DNA of 64,000 nucleotides from an uncultured Planctomycetaceae bacterium (GCA_963815195.1 CAWFGE010000023.1:416001-480000); one strand, 5' to 3'; counted from the first letter of the stretch, positions 1 through 10,884 are shown. Made by a program: numbers and translations. Notes: generated by a model from the letters alone, not told the origin.

Positions 1-503
1 TGCAGTTTTACGCCCGCGAGCATGGCCTCAAGACGGTGGCGCTCCGCTATTCCAACGTGTATGGGCCGCGGCAAAACCCGCACGGCGAAGCGGGCGTGGT
101 CGCGATCTTTTGCCAGCGGCTTCTCGCCGGGCAGCCCGCGACCATCAACGGCGACGGCAAGTACATCCGCGATTACGTCTATGTGGAGGATGTGGCCCGC
201 GCCAATTACGCCGCCCTCGCAGGCGACCGGGCGGAGCCGTTCGTGGCTGTAAACATCGGCACCGCGGCCGGCACCGACGTCAACGAGTTGGAAGCCGCCC
301 TCAGGTCCATTTGCGAAAAAATCCGCCAGAGCCAGGGCCAAACCGAACCGGTTCCGCCGCCCACTTACCGCGAAGCCCGCGCGGGCGATCTGCGGTCGAA
401 CCTCGTGGACCCGGCGTTCGCGAAAACGGTCCTCGATTGGGAACCCCAGGTCCCGATCAAAGCAGGCCTCGAAAAAACCGCCGCGTGGTTTGCGAAGCCG
501 TAA
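1..503 (+). CDS. NAD-dependent epimerase/dehydratase (UDP-glucose 4-epimerase-like), 5'-truncated by window edge
   Basis: Extended-SDR C-terminal motifs LRYSNVYGPRQ...GVVAIF, GDGKYIRDYVYVEDVARAN, VNIGT. Confidence 0.9.
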   Translation, partial: QFYAREHGLKTVALRYSNVYGPRQNPHGEAGVVAIFCQRLLAGQPATINGDGKYIRDYVYVEDVARANYAALAGDRAEPFVAVNIGTAAGTDVNELEAALRSICEKIRQSQGQTEPVPPPTYREARAGDLRSNLVDPAFAKTVLDWEPQVPIKAGLEKTAAWFAKP

Positions 504-536
504 ACGGCCGCGGGTTCGCTAACCCGAATGATTCAT

Positions 537-589
537 TAGCCCAAAGCGCAAGCGAGGGACATCAAATCCCTCGCTTGCGTTTCGGGGTA
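537..589. repeat. Palindromic REP-like hairpin
   Basis: ccaaagcgcaagcgaggga (541-559) pairs almost perfectly with tccctcgcttgcgtttcgg (567-585). Confidence 0.7.
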
Positions 590-601
590 ATTCAAACAAA
601 G

Positions 602-737
602 TCAGTAGTTCCAAAAATGCCTGAGCCGCGCACGAAGTAAGCGGTCCTTGCGTTGTCTGCGTCCCTGAAAACCGCTTACTTCGTGCGCGGCTCTTGAAAA
701 CGAAACCAATTACCTGAGTTTTTTTTGGAAGTACTGA
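602..737. repeat. REP doublet (family A) enclosed by an outer 16-bp inverted repeat
   Basis: Perfect 23-bp IR gagccgcgcacgaagtaagcggt at 623-645 and 671-693; outer IR 602-617 / 722-737 with one mismatch; same core recurs at 34757-34931. Confidence 0.85.
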
Positions 738-850
738 AAGTGCATTTGCGCTTAATCGGCAAACGGATGATCCCCCAACAGCTTTCGTTGAATCATCAAA
801 ATCCGGGCTAAGGACCAGCCGGAACGCGCTCGTGTCCGGTTCTTTCCATG

Positions 851-877
851 AACCGGGGCTAGCGCCCTGCGGCTAAT
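851..877. repeat. REP-like palindrome (family B)
   Basis: aaccggggctagcgccctgcggctaat; reverse complement matches 56890-56916 with one mismatch. Confidence 0.8.
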
Positions 878-905
878 AAATCGGACAATTATTCATCGAG
901 CGATC

Positions 906-2210
906 CTAACGTTTTGCGTCGATGTGCAGCGTCCGCGTCACCGGCTCGGCTTTGGTCACCTTGCCGAAGGGGATTTTTTTGCGAAAGGCCTCGAAATCCG
1001 CCACCGGGCCGACGATGACTTGGATCCCGCCGGGCATGGGATCGAACTGCACGTCCACATCGCCCGGCAGCGCCCTGTGCAGGGCCTCGAAGATGCGGTC
1101 TTCGTCCGCGGTCCCGGCGGCTCCGCGCACGAGAAGCGTGACGGAACTGGCGTCCGTGGCCGATTGGGGCGGAGTGCCGGCGGCGCGCGGGTGGGATTTC
1201 ACGGGAGCCGACGTCCCACCGCTGAGCGTGCGGATGAGCACGGCCAGTTCGACCACCGCCTGTTCGCCGAGTTCATCGGCCAGGGTTTGCTGAAACTGCT
1301 CCGCGGTGTTCGCGGCAAGCAGGGCGTCTAACGTCTGATCCACACGCGAAAGTGTTTTGAGTTTTTCGCGGCTTTGTTGCTGGAAAGCTTCGGCGGGGAG
1401 TTCACGGAGCTTCGCCTGGGCGGCGCGGATTTGTTCCCAGAACGCGACCCAGCCCGCGGGAATCCAGCCGCCTTCGACTTTGATGAGATTAAATGTCGAA
1501 ACCGGCTCGGCAGACCCCGCGGTCATCCAGGCCATTTTCGCCTTATCTTTATCCACCGAGAGCGTCTTGGGCGTCAGTCCCGCGAGCATGCCCGATAGGG
1601 AATCTTGTCCCAGCGATTCCGACAGAGCCGCCAACTGCGACAGCCACCGCCCGCCGGTCTGTTTGAGGAATTGGCCCGCATCGAAGGTTTGCAGCCGGGA
1701 CAGATCCGAGAGATCGCTATTCACCAGAATCGTCAACAGTTCGACCAGCCCGTCCCAGTTCTTTTCGAGCGCGAGCCTTTGTTCGGGGGAGAGCGTCTCG
1801 ATGCTCGGATGGCTCAAGATGTATGTTTTCTTTTCCGCGAGCACGCGGGCGAGTTTCTTCCAGGTCGCGAAGCTGCGGGACCAAAGCGCGGGGTCCATTT
1901 TCTTGGCGAAGTCGTGAACCAGGCCGTTGATGTCGCCGCGGAACCGCCGGGGCATCGCCTGCCAGATCACCTCCGGCCGGTTTTGGCGGAGGCCTTCGAC
2001 CATCTGCCGGACGGTGGCTTCGGGAGCCAGCGGGTCGGTGGGATTTTTCTCTGCAGCTGGCTCTTTCGTTGGATTCGTCGCCCGGGTGGTTTCGCTCTTT
2101 TGCGGTTCGGGCGACTTGGAACCCTGGCAGCCGGGGAGCGCTCCCCAGACCAATCCCAAACACAAGGCCCACGCGGTCGCGGGGCGAAACTGAAAAACCG
2201 GCAGGCTCAC
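906..2210 (-). CDS. Hypothetical exported protein, probable lipoprotein
   Basis: 434-aa ORF with hydrophobic signal and lipobox-like LPGC, then a low-complexity linker and helical body. Confidence 0.7.
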   Translation of the reverse strand: MSLPVFQFRPATAWALCLGLVWGALPGCQGSKSPEPQKSETTRATNPTKEPAAEKNPTDPLAPEATVRQMVEGLRQNRPEVIWQAMPRRFRGDINGLVHDFAKKMDPALWSRSFATWKKLARVLAEKKTYILSHPSIETLSPEQRLALEKNWDGLVELLTILVNSDLSDLSRLQTFDAGQFLKQTGGRWLSQLAALSESLGQDSLSGMLAGLTPKTLSVDKDKAKMAWMTAGSAEPVSTFNLIKVEGGWIPAGWVAFWEQIRAAQAKLRELPAEAFQQQSREKLKTLSRVDQTLDALLAANTAEQFQQTLADELGEQAVVELAVLIRTLSGGTSAPVKSHPRAAGTPPQSATDASSVTLLVRGAAGTADEDRIFEALHRALPGDVDVQFDPMPGGIQVIVGPVADFEAFRKKIPFGKVTKAEPVTRTLHIDAKR

Positions 2211-2312
2211 TGCGGATCACTCCGTTGGAAGGCTCACTTGGGACCGCGCAACGGGAACCCGCACTCCACAGAAGGTCATCCCGGGACGTTCTGGAGACTG
2301 TTTGGTCCGGGG

Positions 2313-2498
2313 TTATTCCGCCTGCGCGGTTTCTTCCTCCGCCAGGTTCACGAACGGGCTGATCCGGCGGACTTTCTCTTGGATGGCGGCTTTGTCGCCT
2401 TCGTTGGTCGCGGCCCGGTATTTGGCCCGCAACTTGCGCAACTTGGCCCGGCGGCTACGGCGGCGGGCAATTTCACGATCTCGCTCCACGCGTCCCAT
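2313..2498 (-). CDS. Small basic protein, DUF6800-like
   Basis: 61 aa, MGRVERDREIARRRSRRAKLRKLR...RISP; resembles a conserved planctomycete small protein. Confidence 0.65.
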   Translation of the reverse strand: MGRVERDREIARRRSRRAKLRKLRAKYRAATNEGDKAAIQEKVRRISPFVNLAEEETAQAE

Positions 2499-2652
2499 GG
2501 AAGGGTCCTTGAAAAAATAAAAGTGTTCACCCGACTGATTGATGGTTTGGAAGTTAAATTTTTATCAGCACCGCTGCGCCGGGTCAACCAGACGGACCTC
2601 GTTTCCGGCGATTTGATCGTGTCTCTCGCGAAAGATCTTGGCTTCGCGAAGG

Positions 2653-2681
2653 TTGGCGAGGGTTGGCAGGCGGATTACAAT
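2653..2681 (+). promoter_or_regulatory. Putative sigma70 promoter for asd
   Basis: TTGGCG-17 nt-TACAAT about 75 bp upstream of the asd start. Confidence 0.35.
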
Positions 2682-2756
2682 GTCTTGTTTTGGCGGTTCC
2701 GCGTCCGGAATCCGCCGCGAGTTGCCTCGTCCGAAAATATTCAAAGAGAGTTCGTC

Positions 2757-3779
2757 GTGTTTGAGACTGTCGCCCTTGTAGGGGCCACCGGAGCCGTGGG
2801 CCGCATCATGCGGCATCTTTTGGAAGAACGCCAACTGCCTGTGCGGAATTACCGGTTCATTGCCTCCGCGCAAAGCGCCGGGCAGACGCTGATGTTCCAG
2901 GGCAAACAATATGAGGTCGAAGCGCTGACCCACGATTGCTTTGCCGGGGCGGACCTGGTGCTCTCCAGCACACCGGACGACGTGGCGGCGGAGTATTTGC
3001 CCTCGGCTGTCGCTGCGGGTTGCCGGGTCATCGATGAATCGGGCTATTGGCGGATGAAGCCGGACGTGGCCCTCGTGGTTCCGGAGATCAACCCCGCAGC
3101 CGCGCTCGAGGCGAAAGGCATCATCGCCAGCCCCAACTGCTCGACCACGCAAATGGTGATGGCCTTAAAACCCCTCCACGATGCGGCCCGCGTTCGCCGG
3201 GTCATCGTGAGCACCTATCAGGCTGTCAGCGGGGCGGGCCTGCAAGGCACGACCGATTTGATCGAAGGCACGAAAGCCCACCTCGCGGGAGCGGACTATG
3301 CCTATCAAGCCTTCACCCACCCGATCGCGTTCAACTGCATTCCGCAGATCGGCAGCGAAAAAGCCGACGGATATACCAGCGAAGAGCTGAAAATGGTTTA
3401 CGAAACCCGCAAGATCCTGGGCGACGAGTCGATCCAGATCAACGCGACCTGCGTGCGGATTCCGGTGTCCAACTGCCACAGCGAGAGCATCACCGTCGAG
3501 ACCCAGCGCCCCGTTTCGCCGGAAGAGGCCCGCGAGTTGTTTTCTTCGTTTCCGGGCATCGTCGTGGATGATGACCTCAAAAACGGCAAATACCCGCTGC
3601 CCAGCACCGGCACGAACCGCGATGAAGTCTTCATCGGCCGCATCCGCCGCGACATCTCGCACCCCAACGGCCTGTCGTTCTGGTGCGTCAGCGACAACCT
3701 CAGAAAAGGCGCCGCCACCAATGCGGTGCAAATCGCGGAGTTGCTCATCAAGCACGCGGCAAACTTGCAAAGCCGATGA
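2757..3779 (+). CDS. asd: Aspartate-semialdehyde dehydrogenase
   Basis: GTG start; VALVGATGAVG, catalytic SPNCST, STYQAVSGAG, ATCVRIPV, DNLRKGAATNAVQIAE. Confidence 0.96.
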   Translation: MFETVALVGATGAVGRIMRHLLEERQLPVRNYRFIASAQSAGQTLMFQGKQYEVEALTHDCFAGADLVLSSTPDDVAAEYLPSAVAAGCRVIDESGYWRMKPDVALVVPEINPAAALEAKGIIASPNCSTTQMVMALKPLHDAARVRRVIVSTYQAVSGAGLQGTTDLIEGTKAHLAGADYAYQAFTHPIAFNCIPQIGSEKADGYTSEELKMVYETRKILGDESIQINATCVRIPVSNCHSESITVETQRPVSPEEARELFSSFPGIVVDDDLKNGKYPLPSTGTNRDEVFIGRIRRDISHPNGLSFWCVSDNLRKGAATNAVQIAELLIKHAANLQSR

Positions 3780-3948
3780 GGATCGAGCCGACGATTTGGC
3801 CGTGCAATTTTTTTGCCGGGTCGTTGTTGTTTTGCGCCCGGCGCAACAAATTCCCATGATCCGGAGACTGTCAGCCGGCGTTTCGATGAGTACAATCAAC
3901 TTCCGATCACGGAATCACTTCAACAGACGACTATTGCAGGCAAATCGA

Positions 3949-6033
3949 ATGCCGATGTTTTTTTCATTTTGCCGGCCGCGGGTTGTGCCTTCGTTGGCGC
4001 TCGTTTGCGGGTTTCTGTTTCTCGGGGCGTCCGGTTTTCTCGACGAGCCGGCACGGGCGGGGGGCAGCAGCGTGAGCCACCGGGCTTCCGACCTGATGGT
4101 GACGATTGATTCCCGCTGGGCGGGGGTGCAACGGGGCGGGTATTATCCGATCCGAATTCGCGTGACCAACGCGGGGCCGACTTGCAACCTGACATTCCGT
4201 TTTCTGCCGCAGGAGGGGGAGCAAATTCCGACGGTCGAGCGGCGGGATTTGCAGGTCGAACAGGACGGGACGGCGGGGTTCACCTTGTCGATTCCCCTGG
4301 TGGGCCGGGGCTCGGAGGGGAATCTCGAAATCGAACGCGACGGCGTCGTGCTCGATCAATTCACCACGCGGGTCCGCATGTCGGACGTGGATTACAATCC
4401 CGCCCGGCCCAGCTTTCTCGTGATCTCGCCCAACGTCGTCGGCACCCAGACGATCGAGTATGGAATCAAAACGGCCGTTGCCGGCGGCGAGGTGGCGTTC
4501 TCCGACGACCACCAGGTTCTCCCCCCGGTGATGCTGCCCAAGTCGTGGGTCGACTACACCGGCGTGGACATGGTGATGATCTCCTTGAAAACCCTCGCCG
4601 AGTTGCCCGCGGACGAACGCGCGGCAATCCTGCAATGGACCCAGACGGGCGGAACCCTGGTGATTTACGAGGTGGGAGAACAGCCCGATTCGTCGCCGGA
4701 ATTAAAGAAGCTGCTCAACCTCGCCGATTCCGGCCGATGGACGCCGGCGAACCCGCTGTTGTGGAGGGGGGTTGTGAGTCAGTTGCAATCCCCGAACGAC
4801 GGACGCCCGATGTCCGAGATCGTGGGCGAGGAACGCGAGCCGGAGTCGTCCCAATGGGGCGCCCGGTCCGACGCCTTTGCCCGGCACGATTATCTCTTGG
4901 GCCGGGTTTACGCCTTTCCGGAAAACCCCTTTCCCGGCGCGCCCGTGGATTGGGCCTGGTGGTGGGCCAACACGCCGGTGGAATCCCGTACCTGGGAAGC
5001 CCGCAACGGCGTTTTGCCCCGGCGGTCGAATCCCGACTTTTTCAATTTTCTGATCCCCGGCGTCACCAGCGTTCCGATTTATGCCTTTCTGGTCTTGATG
5101 ACGCTGTTCACGATTGTGATCGGTCCCTTGAATTACGTCCTCCTCCGCCGCCGGAAGCGGATGTACTTGCTGCTGTTGACCATTCCCGCGATCGCCTTTG
5201 TGACCAGCCTGACGCTGTTCGTCTATTCGACGCTGTCTTACGGATTCAGCGTGGCTTCCAGAGCCCGCAGCGTGACGCTGCTCGATCAGCGCACGAACAC
5301 CGCCGTCTCGCTCAGCCGCATCTCGCTGTTCGCGGGGATGGCTCCGTCCGACGGGTTGAAATTCTCGCCGAACACCGCGGTCTATCCCGTTTGGCCCGCG
5401 ACGCATTTGCGCGAAGGGTCGAAGTTTGAATCGGCCCGCACCGTGTGGGGAGAGCAACAGCACCTCGCGGACGGCTGGCTCAGGTCGCGGACGCGCACGC
5501 AGTTCGCCACGGTCCAACACCGCACCGAGCGGGGCCGGCTTGAAGTCGGCGCCGCGTCCGATTCCAGGCTGTCCGTCTCCAACGGCTTGGAATGGGACAT
5601 CGAAGCCCTCGTTCTGGTGGACGGGGACGGAAACATCTTTGAAGGGGATACCCTCGGGGCGGGCAACAGCGGGACGCTGACCAAGGTTGCCCCCCACAAC
5701 CTCGGGAAGTTGGGGGGAGTCGTCAACCTGCTGAGACAGTATCCGCTCGAACTCCCGGAAGATTTGGCCCTCGACACCCAGCGCGATCCATTCTCCCGGC
5801 CCTTTGAGCCGCGGTCCCGCCGCTCCCTCTCCCAAATGCAAAGCGGCGGGATGATGGAATCCCTGATCGAAGCGTTCAAATCCATCAACACCAAATCCTC
5901 GGCCCGCGACCTCGAGCAGATTCTTCCCCGCCGATCGTATTTGGCGGTTCTCGCGGATCGGCCCGGCATCGAACTCGGCCTGGAAGACACCGACGAGCGG
6001 GCAGGCTACCATCTGCTTTGGGGACGATACTAA
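3949..6033 (+). CDS. Hypothetical membrane protein with large extracytoplasmic domains
   Basis: Signal-like N-terminus, WTQTGGTLVI (amidotransferase-like fold segment), TM pair around IGPLNYVLLRRRKR; start uncertain. Confidence 0.7.
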   Translation: MPMFFSFCRPRVVPSLALVCGFLFLGASGFLDEPARAGGSSVSHRASDLMVTIDSRWAGVQRGGYYPIRIRVTNAGPTCNLTFRFLPQEGEQIPTVERRDLQVEQDGTAGFTLSIPLVGRGSEGNLEIERDGVVLDQFTTRVRMSDVDYNPARPSFLVISPNVVGTQTIEYGIKTAVAGGEVAFSDDHQVLPPVMLPKSWVDYTGVDMVMISLKTLAELPADERAAILQWTQTGGTLVIYEVGEQPDSSPELKKLLNLADSGRWTPANPLLWRGVVSQLQSPNDGRPMSEIVGEEREPESSQWGARSDAFARHDYLLGRVYAFPENPFPGAPVDWAWWWANTPVESRTWEARNGVLPRRSNPDFFNFLIPGVTSVPIYAFLVLMTLFTIVIGPLNYVLLRRRKRMYLLLLTIPAIAFVTSLTLFVYSTLSYGFSVASRARSVTLLDQRTNTAVSLSRISLFAGMAPSDGLKFSPNTAVYPVWPATHLREGSKFESARTVWGEQQHLADGWLRSRTRTQFATVQHRTERGRLEVGAASDSRLSVSNGLEWDIEALVLVDGDGNIFEGDTLGAGNSGTLTKVAPHNLGKLGGVVNLLRQYPLELPEDLALDTQRDPFSRPFEPRSRRSLSQMQSGGMMESLIEAFKSINTKSSARDLEQILPRRSYLAVLADRPGIELGLEDTDERAGYHLLWGRY

Positions 6034-6623
6034 TGGATGAACAGATCCCGACGGCGAACAGCGAAAACGAGGCCCGCCTCTCGCAGACTCTGGAAGAAAA
6101 ACGGGTGGCCGAACTCACCGAGCGGGTCGAAGATTTTCTCTGCGAGGGGGAGGAGTTTCTCGTTCGCTGCCTGGACGACGAAATCGAAGTCATCCCGGCT
6201 CAGCAGGCGAGCGCGGTCCGCCGAACCCACGAAGACCTTTACGGGTTCATGTTGTCGCTGAATCAGCAGCTCTCCGAAGCCGCGGCCGTTCCGCGTTGGA
6301 TTGTGCGGTTGGGCGTCCTCGCGCTGATTCTCGGCTTGCACCTGGACTGGTTCGCGGGACTGCCGGTGCCCATCGAAATGGCCAAGCTGCAAAGCTGGTG
6401 GGTCTACGGCTTGATGCTGCTGTTGGGGTATGCGGTCAATTCCCTGGTCCATGAATGGCGGCAGCATCAGATCTACAACAACCGCCGGGCCGAGTTATTG
6501 CATCTGCTCAATGAGAGCGGCTTGCCGAAGTATCGCTTGCTGACGCAAATCGAAGGCGATCCGGCCGTGTCGGACTTTTCCAGCATGCTCAAGAAAGACC
6601 ACACCCAGGAAGCCCGCTATTGA
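6033..6623 (+). CDS. Hypothetical two-TM membrane protein
   Basis: ATG overlaps upstream TAA (taATG); two hydrophobic helices. Confidence 0.7.
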   Translation: MDEQIPTANSENEARLSQTLEEKRVAELTERVEDFLCEGEEFLVRCLDDEIEVIPAQQASAVRRTHEDLYGFMLSLNQQLSEAAAVPRWIVRLGVLALILGLHLDWFAGLPVPIEMAKLQSWWVYGLMLLLGYAVNSLVHEWRQHQIYNNRRAELLHLLNESGLPKYRLLTQIEGDPAVSDFSSMLKKDHTQEARY

Positions 6624-6668
6624 AGGGCCGGCGTTTACACGTTGGCAGCGCGTGCTTTCCAAGGATCA

Positions 6669-6705
6669 AGCCGGAACGCGCTATGAGGGCGAGCGCGTTC
6701 CGGCT
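6669..6705. repeat. REP-like inverted repeat between convergent genes
   Basis: agccggaacgcgct / agcgcgttccggct perfect 14-bp IR; related half-sites near 817 and 56978. Confidence 0.65.
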
Positions 6706-6718
6706 GATCGCGGGGAAA

Positions 6719-7999
6719 TCAGATCAACTCATGGATCGGTTGCCGGTGCTCCAGGAGGTACTGCGGCCGGCCGGCGGGATCGATGAACTGGGTGGTGTCC
6801 AGGTCGATGCCCAGGTTGTGGTACAACGTCGCCAGGACTTCCTGATAATCCACCGGGCGGCTTTCGGCCTGCTCGGCGTAGCGGGTCGTTGAGCCGATGA
6901 CCTGGCCGGTCCGCATGCCGCCGCCGGCGAGAAACGCCATCGCCACCCGCGGCCAGTGGTCGCGGCCCGCGCGGCTGTTGATCCGCGGAGTGCGGCCGAA
7001 CTCGCCCCAGACCACGATCGACACATCGTCCAGCATGCCGTGGCTTTCGAGGTCGGTGATCAACGTGGAGAGGCCCCGATCCATGGTGGGGAGATTCCGC
7101 GTGCTGAGGCTCTTGAAGTTGTTGGCGTGCGTGTCCCAACCGCCCCAGGGGGCGTTCATCGCGACGACGCGGACGCCGACTTCGATCAACCGCCGGGCCG
7201 TGAGCAGGTTGCGATTTTCGCGGCCGTAGCGTTCGACGACGCGGGGATCTTCCTTCTTGATGTCGAGGGCATCGGCCAACCGGCCCGAAGTCACCACGTC
7301 GATGGCGGTTTCGGTGAAGCTGTCCATCGCGGTCATCTGGCCGGAGGCGTCGGCTTCCCGCCGCATCCGGTCCAGCGAATCCAAAAGCGATTTGCGATTC
7401 GAAACGCGGTCGGCCGTCAGCGAGCGGTCCAACGTCAAATTGGTTCCGCCCCGGCTGGGATTGAAGGGCTGATACGTCGCCCCCAGATAACCTGAACTGC
7501 CTCCGTTGTACGACGCGAACGGCGGAGACCCGTTGCCGCTGGAACCCTTCAGCTTGGCGATCACGCTGCCCAGGCTGGGCCGGCCGCCGATGCTTTCCAG
7601 GCTCTTCTGGTTGTAGCCGGTGTGCGTTTGGAAATTGCTATGCCCGGCGTTCGAGCCGACGAGCGAGCGCACGACGGCAAACTTGTCCGCGATCGTGGCG
7701 AGGCGCGGCAGATGCTCGCAGATTTCGATGCCTTCCACATTCGTGGGAATCGGAGCGAACTCGCCGCGGAACTCCACGGGGGCGAGCGGCTTCAAATCGA
7801 AAATGTCCTGATGCGACGGCCCGCCGCTCATGTGAATGTTGATCACGGCCTTGGTGGAAGAACGGATCCCCGCCGCCGCCTCCGCCCGCAGCAAATCCGC
7901 GAGCGTCAAACCGCCAAGCCCCAACGCCCCGGCCTTCAGAAAACTCCGCCGGGAGACGCCGTCGCAAAACTGTTGTTTTTCACCCCAAATCGTCAGCAT
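6719..7999 (-). CDS. DUF1501 domain-containing protein
   Basis: SRRSFLKAG Tat-like motif, GGPSHQDIFDLKP, WDTH, GEFGRTPRIN..GRDHWP; GGAGG RBS upstream. Confidence 0.93.
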   Translation of the reverse strand: MLTIWGEKQQFCDGVSRRSFLKAGALGLGGLTLADLLRAEAAAGIRSSTKAVINIHMSGGPSHQDIFDLKPLAPVEFRGEFAPIPTNVEGIEICEHLPRLATIADKFAVVRSLVGSNAGHSNFQTHTGYNQKSLESIGGRPSLGSVIAKLKGSSGNGSPPFASYNGGSSGYLGATYQPFNPSRGGTNLTLDRSLTADRVSNRKSLLDSLDRMRREADASGQMTAMDSFTETAIDVVTSGRLADALDIKKEDPRVVERYGRENRNLLTARRLIEVGVRVVAMNAPWGGWDTHANNFKSLSTRNLPTMDRGLSTLITDLESHGMLDDVSIVVWGEFGRTPRINSRAGRDHWPRVAMAFLAGGGMRTGQVIGSTTRYAEQAESRPVDYQEVLATLYHNLGIDLDTTQFIDPAGRPQYLLEHRQPIHELI

Positions 8000-8666
8000 C
8001 GGTTTTGCCTCCTTTGTATTGGTGAACATTTTCAGAGTCGTTTCGCCCTGCACTCTTCAGCAGCGTTGCCTTTAGCATACACAGATAAGGCGACACTTCA
8101 ACACGTATTGATGAGATCGAACCGTTTTTGCGGGTTTTCGAGTTCGCGGCGATTCTTCTTCCGAGGCGTCAAACCTCCTGATTTTCAGGCTCTGGTTGCT
8201 CTCGGCCGGCTTGTGGCGCAAATCGCCCCGGTATGATAGAGGGACTGAAACTTGGAACTCCGCCCCGCGAGGGTTTCCCGTCGCCGGTTCGAGAGAGGTT
8301 TCCACCAAGACACGAAGGCCGGAAAAACGCCCAGCGAAAACGCCCCCGAGTCTTTTGTCCCTTTGTGATTGTCTCTGCCCATTGTGCCTTCGTGGTCGCC
8401 TTTTTTTCGTCGATTTTCAAGTGTCCGCGGTGGGTCCTTTTGCCCGCAATTCTGAGAATAATTCCCCACGCCGGGGCAAACGTCGCTACAATAAAAATGG
8501 GCACAGCGAATGGGGATTTTCCCCCCGAAACCTCACAACGTCTCCGCCGTGCCGTTCACTTCTAGCCACACTTTTTTCAATCTGGTAAAGTCTTAAGCAG
8601 AAAACAGGCACGATGTTTGCCTGAGGCCCGCTGGTTTTTGTTGTTACGGTGAGTACACGCACGCTC

Positions 8667-10071
8667 ATGGATCCTGAACAAGCCAAACGCATCGCCAACG
8701 AATGTTGGAAGTCGGGGACGGCCGCCGTCTCCAAGCAGAATTTTGATTATGCCGTGGAACAATTCTCGACAGCCGCCAAATTGGTGCCGGAGAATCTGGT
8801 TTATCGGCAGTGTCTCCGCGGAGCGGAATATGCCAGATACAAAAACAACGGCTCGGGCGCCCGCATGTCCGGTCCGAAGCTGATGGGCATTCGCTCGCGG
8901 ATCAAAAAGGCCAGAGGCAAACAGGACTGGTCCACGATGAACCAGGAAGCCGAGAACGGCCTGATGCTCAATCCGTGGGACGCCCAGCTCGAAGCCTCGG
9001 TCGGCGAAGCCTCCATCCAGTTGGGTTTTCCGGACATCGCGTTGTTCGCGTATTCGAATGCGGTCAAGCAGGACAAGGAAAACGTCGCGCTCCTCCAGGC
9101 TTTGGCCGAGGTGCACGAAGCCCGGCGGAACTACGACGAGGCCATCAATCTCTGGGAAAAAATCCATAAGCTCCAGCCGCTCAATAGCGCCGCCCGGTCC
9201 AAACAGACCCAGCTCCAGGCCGAAAAGACGACCGACCGCGGCGGCTACGACGAAGCCGAAAACACCCGCGACGTCAAAGCCGGCCAAACGGCCTACGACC
9301 TGGACCGCAAGAAGAAGGACAGCGGGGCCGACCTGATCGGGCCCGGCGACGATCCCGAATCGGACCTGAAGCGGGCCATCCGCAAAAATCCCGACAGCTA
9401 CGAAGGCTATCTCAAGCTGGCCCTGTTTTACCGCAAGGAAAAACGGCTCGACGAATGCATCGAGCAGTTCAAAGCGGCCCACGAAAAATCCGGCGAGAAT
9501 GACGACATCCGCGAGCAGTTGGAAGACGTTCAACTGGAAAAACTGCGAAACCAGTACGAAGACGCCAAAGAAGACGCCGCGAAGAGCCCCGACGACGACG
9601 AACTGCAAAAGAAACGCACCGCGCTCGGGAACAAACTCATCAAGAGCGAAATCCACGTGTTTTCCAAGCGGATCGAGCGCCACGCTCAGGACAGCCGGCT
9701 GAAATATCGAGCTCGGCAAGCGCTACATGCGGATCAAGCGAAACAAAGACGCCATCAAGCTGTTCCAGCAGTCGGTGGCCGACAAGCGGCTCGAGACCGA
9801 AGTCTACGTGCTGATGGGCGAATGCTTTCTGAATGAAAGCCAAGTCCCGCTCGCCAAGCGGCAATTCGAGAAAGCCCTCCCCAATCTCAACTCGCACGAC
9901 GACGAAGAGCTTTTCAAGACCGCCCATTATGCCTTGGGCCGAATTGCGGAAAAAAACGGCGAACGCGAAACCGCCGAAGATCATTACAACGAGATTCTGG
10001 CCGTCGATTACGGCTACCGCGACGTCGAAAAACGCATGAGAAGCCTCGGCGAAGAAGAACGGGCGAGTTAG
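8667..10071 (+). CDS. TPR-repeat protein, frameshift near 9708
   Basis: TPR helices in both ORFs; removing one base in tat-c-gag restores LKYELGKRYMRIK and joins them. Confidence 0.8.
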
Positions 10072-10309
10072 GGGCCTTCGATCGTAGCGGGGGCTTCCGG
10101 CCGCCGAGATCGATCGACGGCGGCAAGATGCCGCCATTACGTTGGTTCCGGGTTTCGGTCCGCGAGACCCGCACGATCGGCGCATTCGATACGGGGGCCA
10201 CAGTGCGGGGCGATTTTCGGAAGAATGTTCCGGCGCACCCGGATTTGTGCTGTAGAGTTCCGTCAGTTGACGAATCGTTTCCTTACATCTCACATAGCAG
10301 GGACTGGCG

Positions 10310-10513
10310 ATGTTAGTACTCAGCCGCAAAAAGGACGAACGAATTATTATCGGCGATCAGATTACCGTTATGGTCATCGAGATTCGTGGTGATAAAGTCC
10401 GTTTGGGGATCGACGCCCCGAAAGAAGTCACGGTCCATCGGGAAGAAGTTTACGAAGCCATTCGGCGGGAGCAGCAGTCCAATCTGCCTTCGGTCGATCC
10501 GGTGGAAAACTGA
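10310..10513 (+). CDS. csrA: Carbon storage regulator CsrA
   Basis: MLVLSRKKDERIIIGD...VRLGIDAPKEVTVHREEVY. Confidence 0.97.
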   Translation: MLVLSRKKDERIIIGDQITVMVIEIRGDKVRLGIDAPKEVTVHREEVYEAIRREQQSNLPSVDPVEN

Positions 10514-10568
10514 GTCCCGAAACCAGCCCAATATAAAATCGGCCGAGGGAATCCGTCGACCGATTCTG

Positions 10569-10615
10569 AAAATCCAGGGAGCGCAATTCACGAGTTGCGC
10601 TCCCTGGATTTTTTT
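10569..10615 (+). terminator. Rho-independent terminator after csrA
   Basis: aaaatccagggagcgcaa / ttgcgctccctggatttt stem followed by a T-run. Confidence 0.8.
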
Positions 10616-10631
10616 GTCGCGAGCTTTTACT

Positions 10632-10784
10632 GGCGAGCGTGGGGCGTCAGCCCCATGATGGTGTGAATCAAGAACCCGCGCCGGCCCCGTGATCGTTTTG
10701 AATACGAAAACACAATCATTGTCTTGAATTCGGAAGCGTATTCTTCCTTGGGAGAAATCAGCCGGCTTACGCCGGCCGCTCGCC
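10632..10784. repeat. REP doublet (family C)
   Basis: ggcgagcgtggggcgtcagcccc (10632-) and inverted atcagccggcttacgccggccgctcgcc (10757-10784); same family at 54853-54936. Confidence 0.7.
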
Positions 10785-10884
10785 TTTTGGGGTTCGTTGC
10801 GTGCGGTTTGCGGTGCGGTTATAACGGCATTGCCCGATTGGACGCGACACCTCGAAGAAACCGAATCTCCCGGATGCGCCGCCG

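Noticed and set aside
1605..2756. Long N-terminal extension of the asd ORF (724 aa)
   Set aside because: It is an antisense shadow of two minus-strand genes; homology starts at GTG 2757
10080..10620. CsrB-like sRNA near csrA
   Set aside because: Only a few scattered GGA motifs, without repeated GGA-loop hairpins
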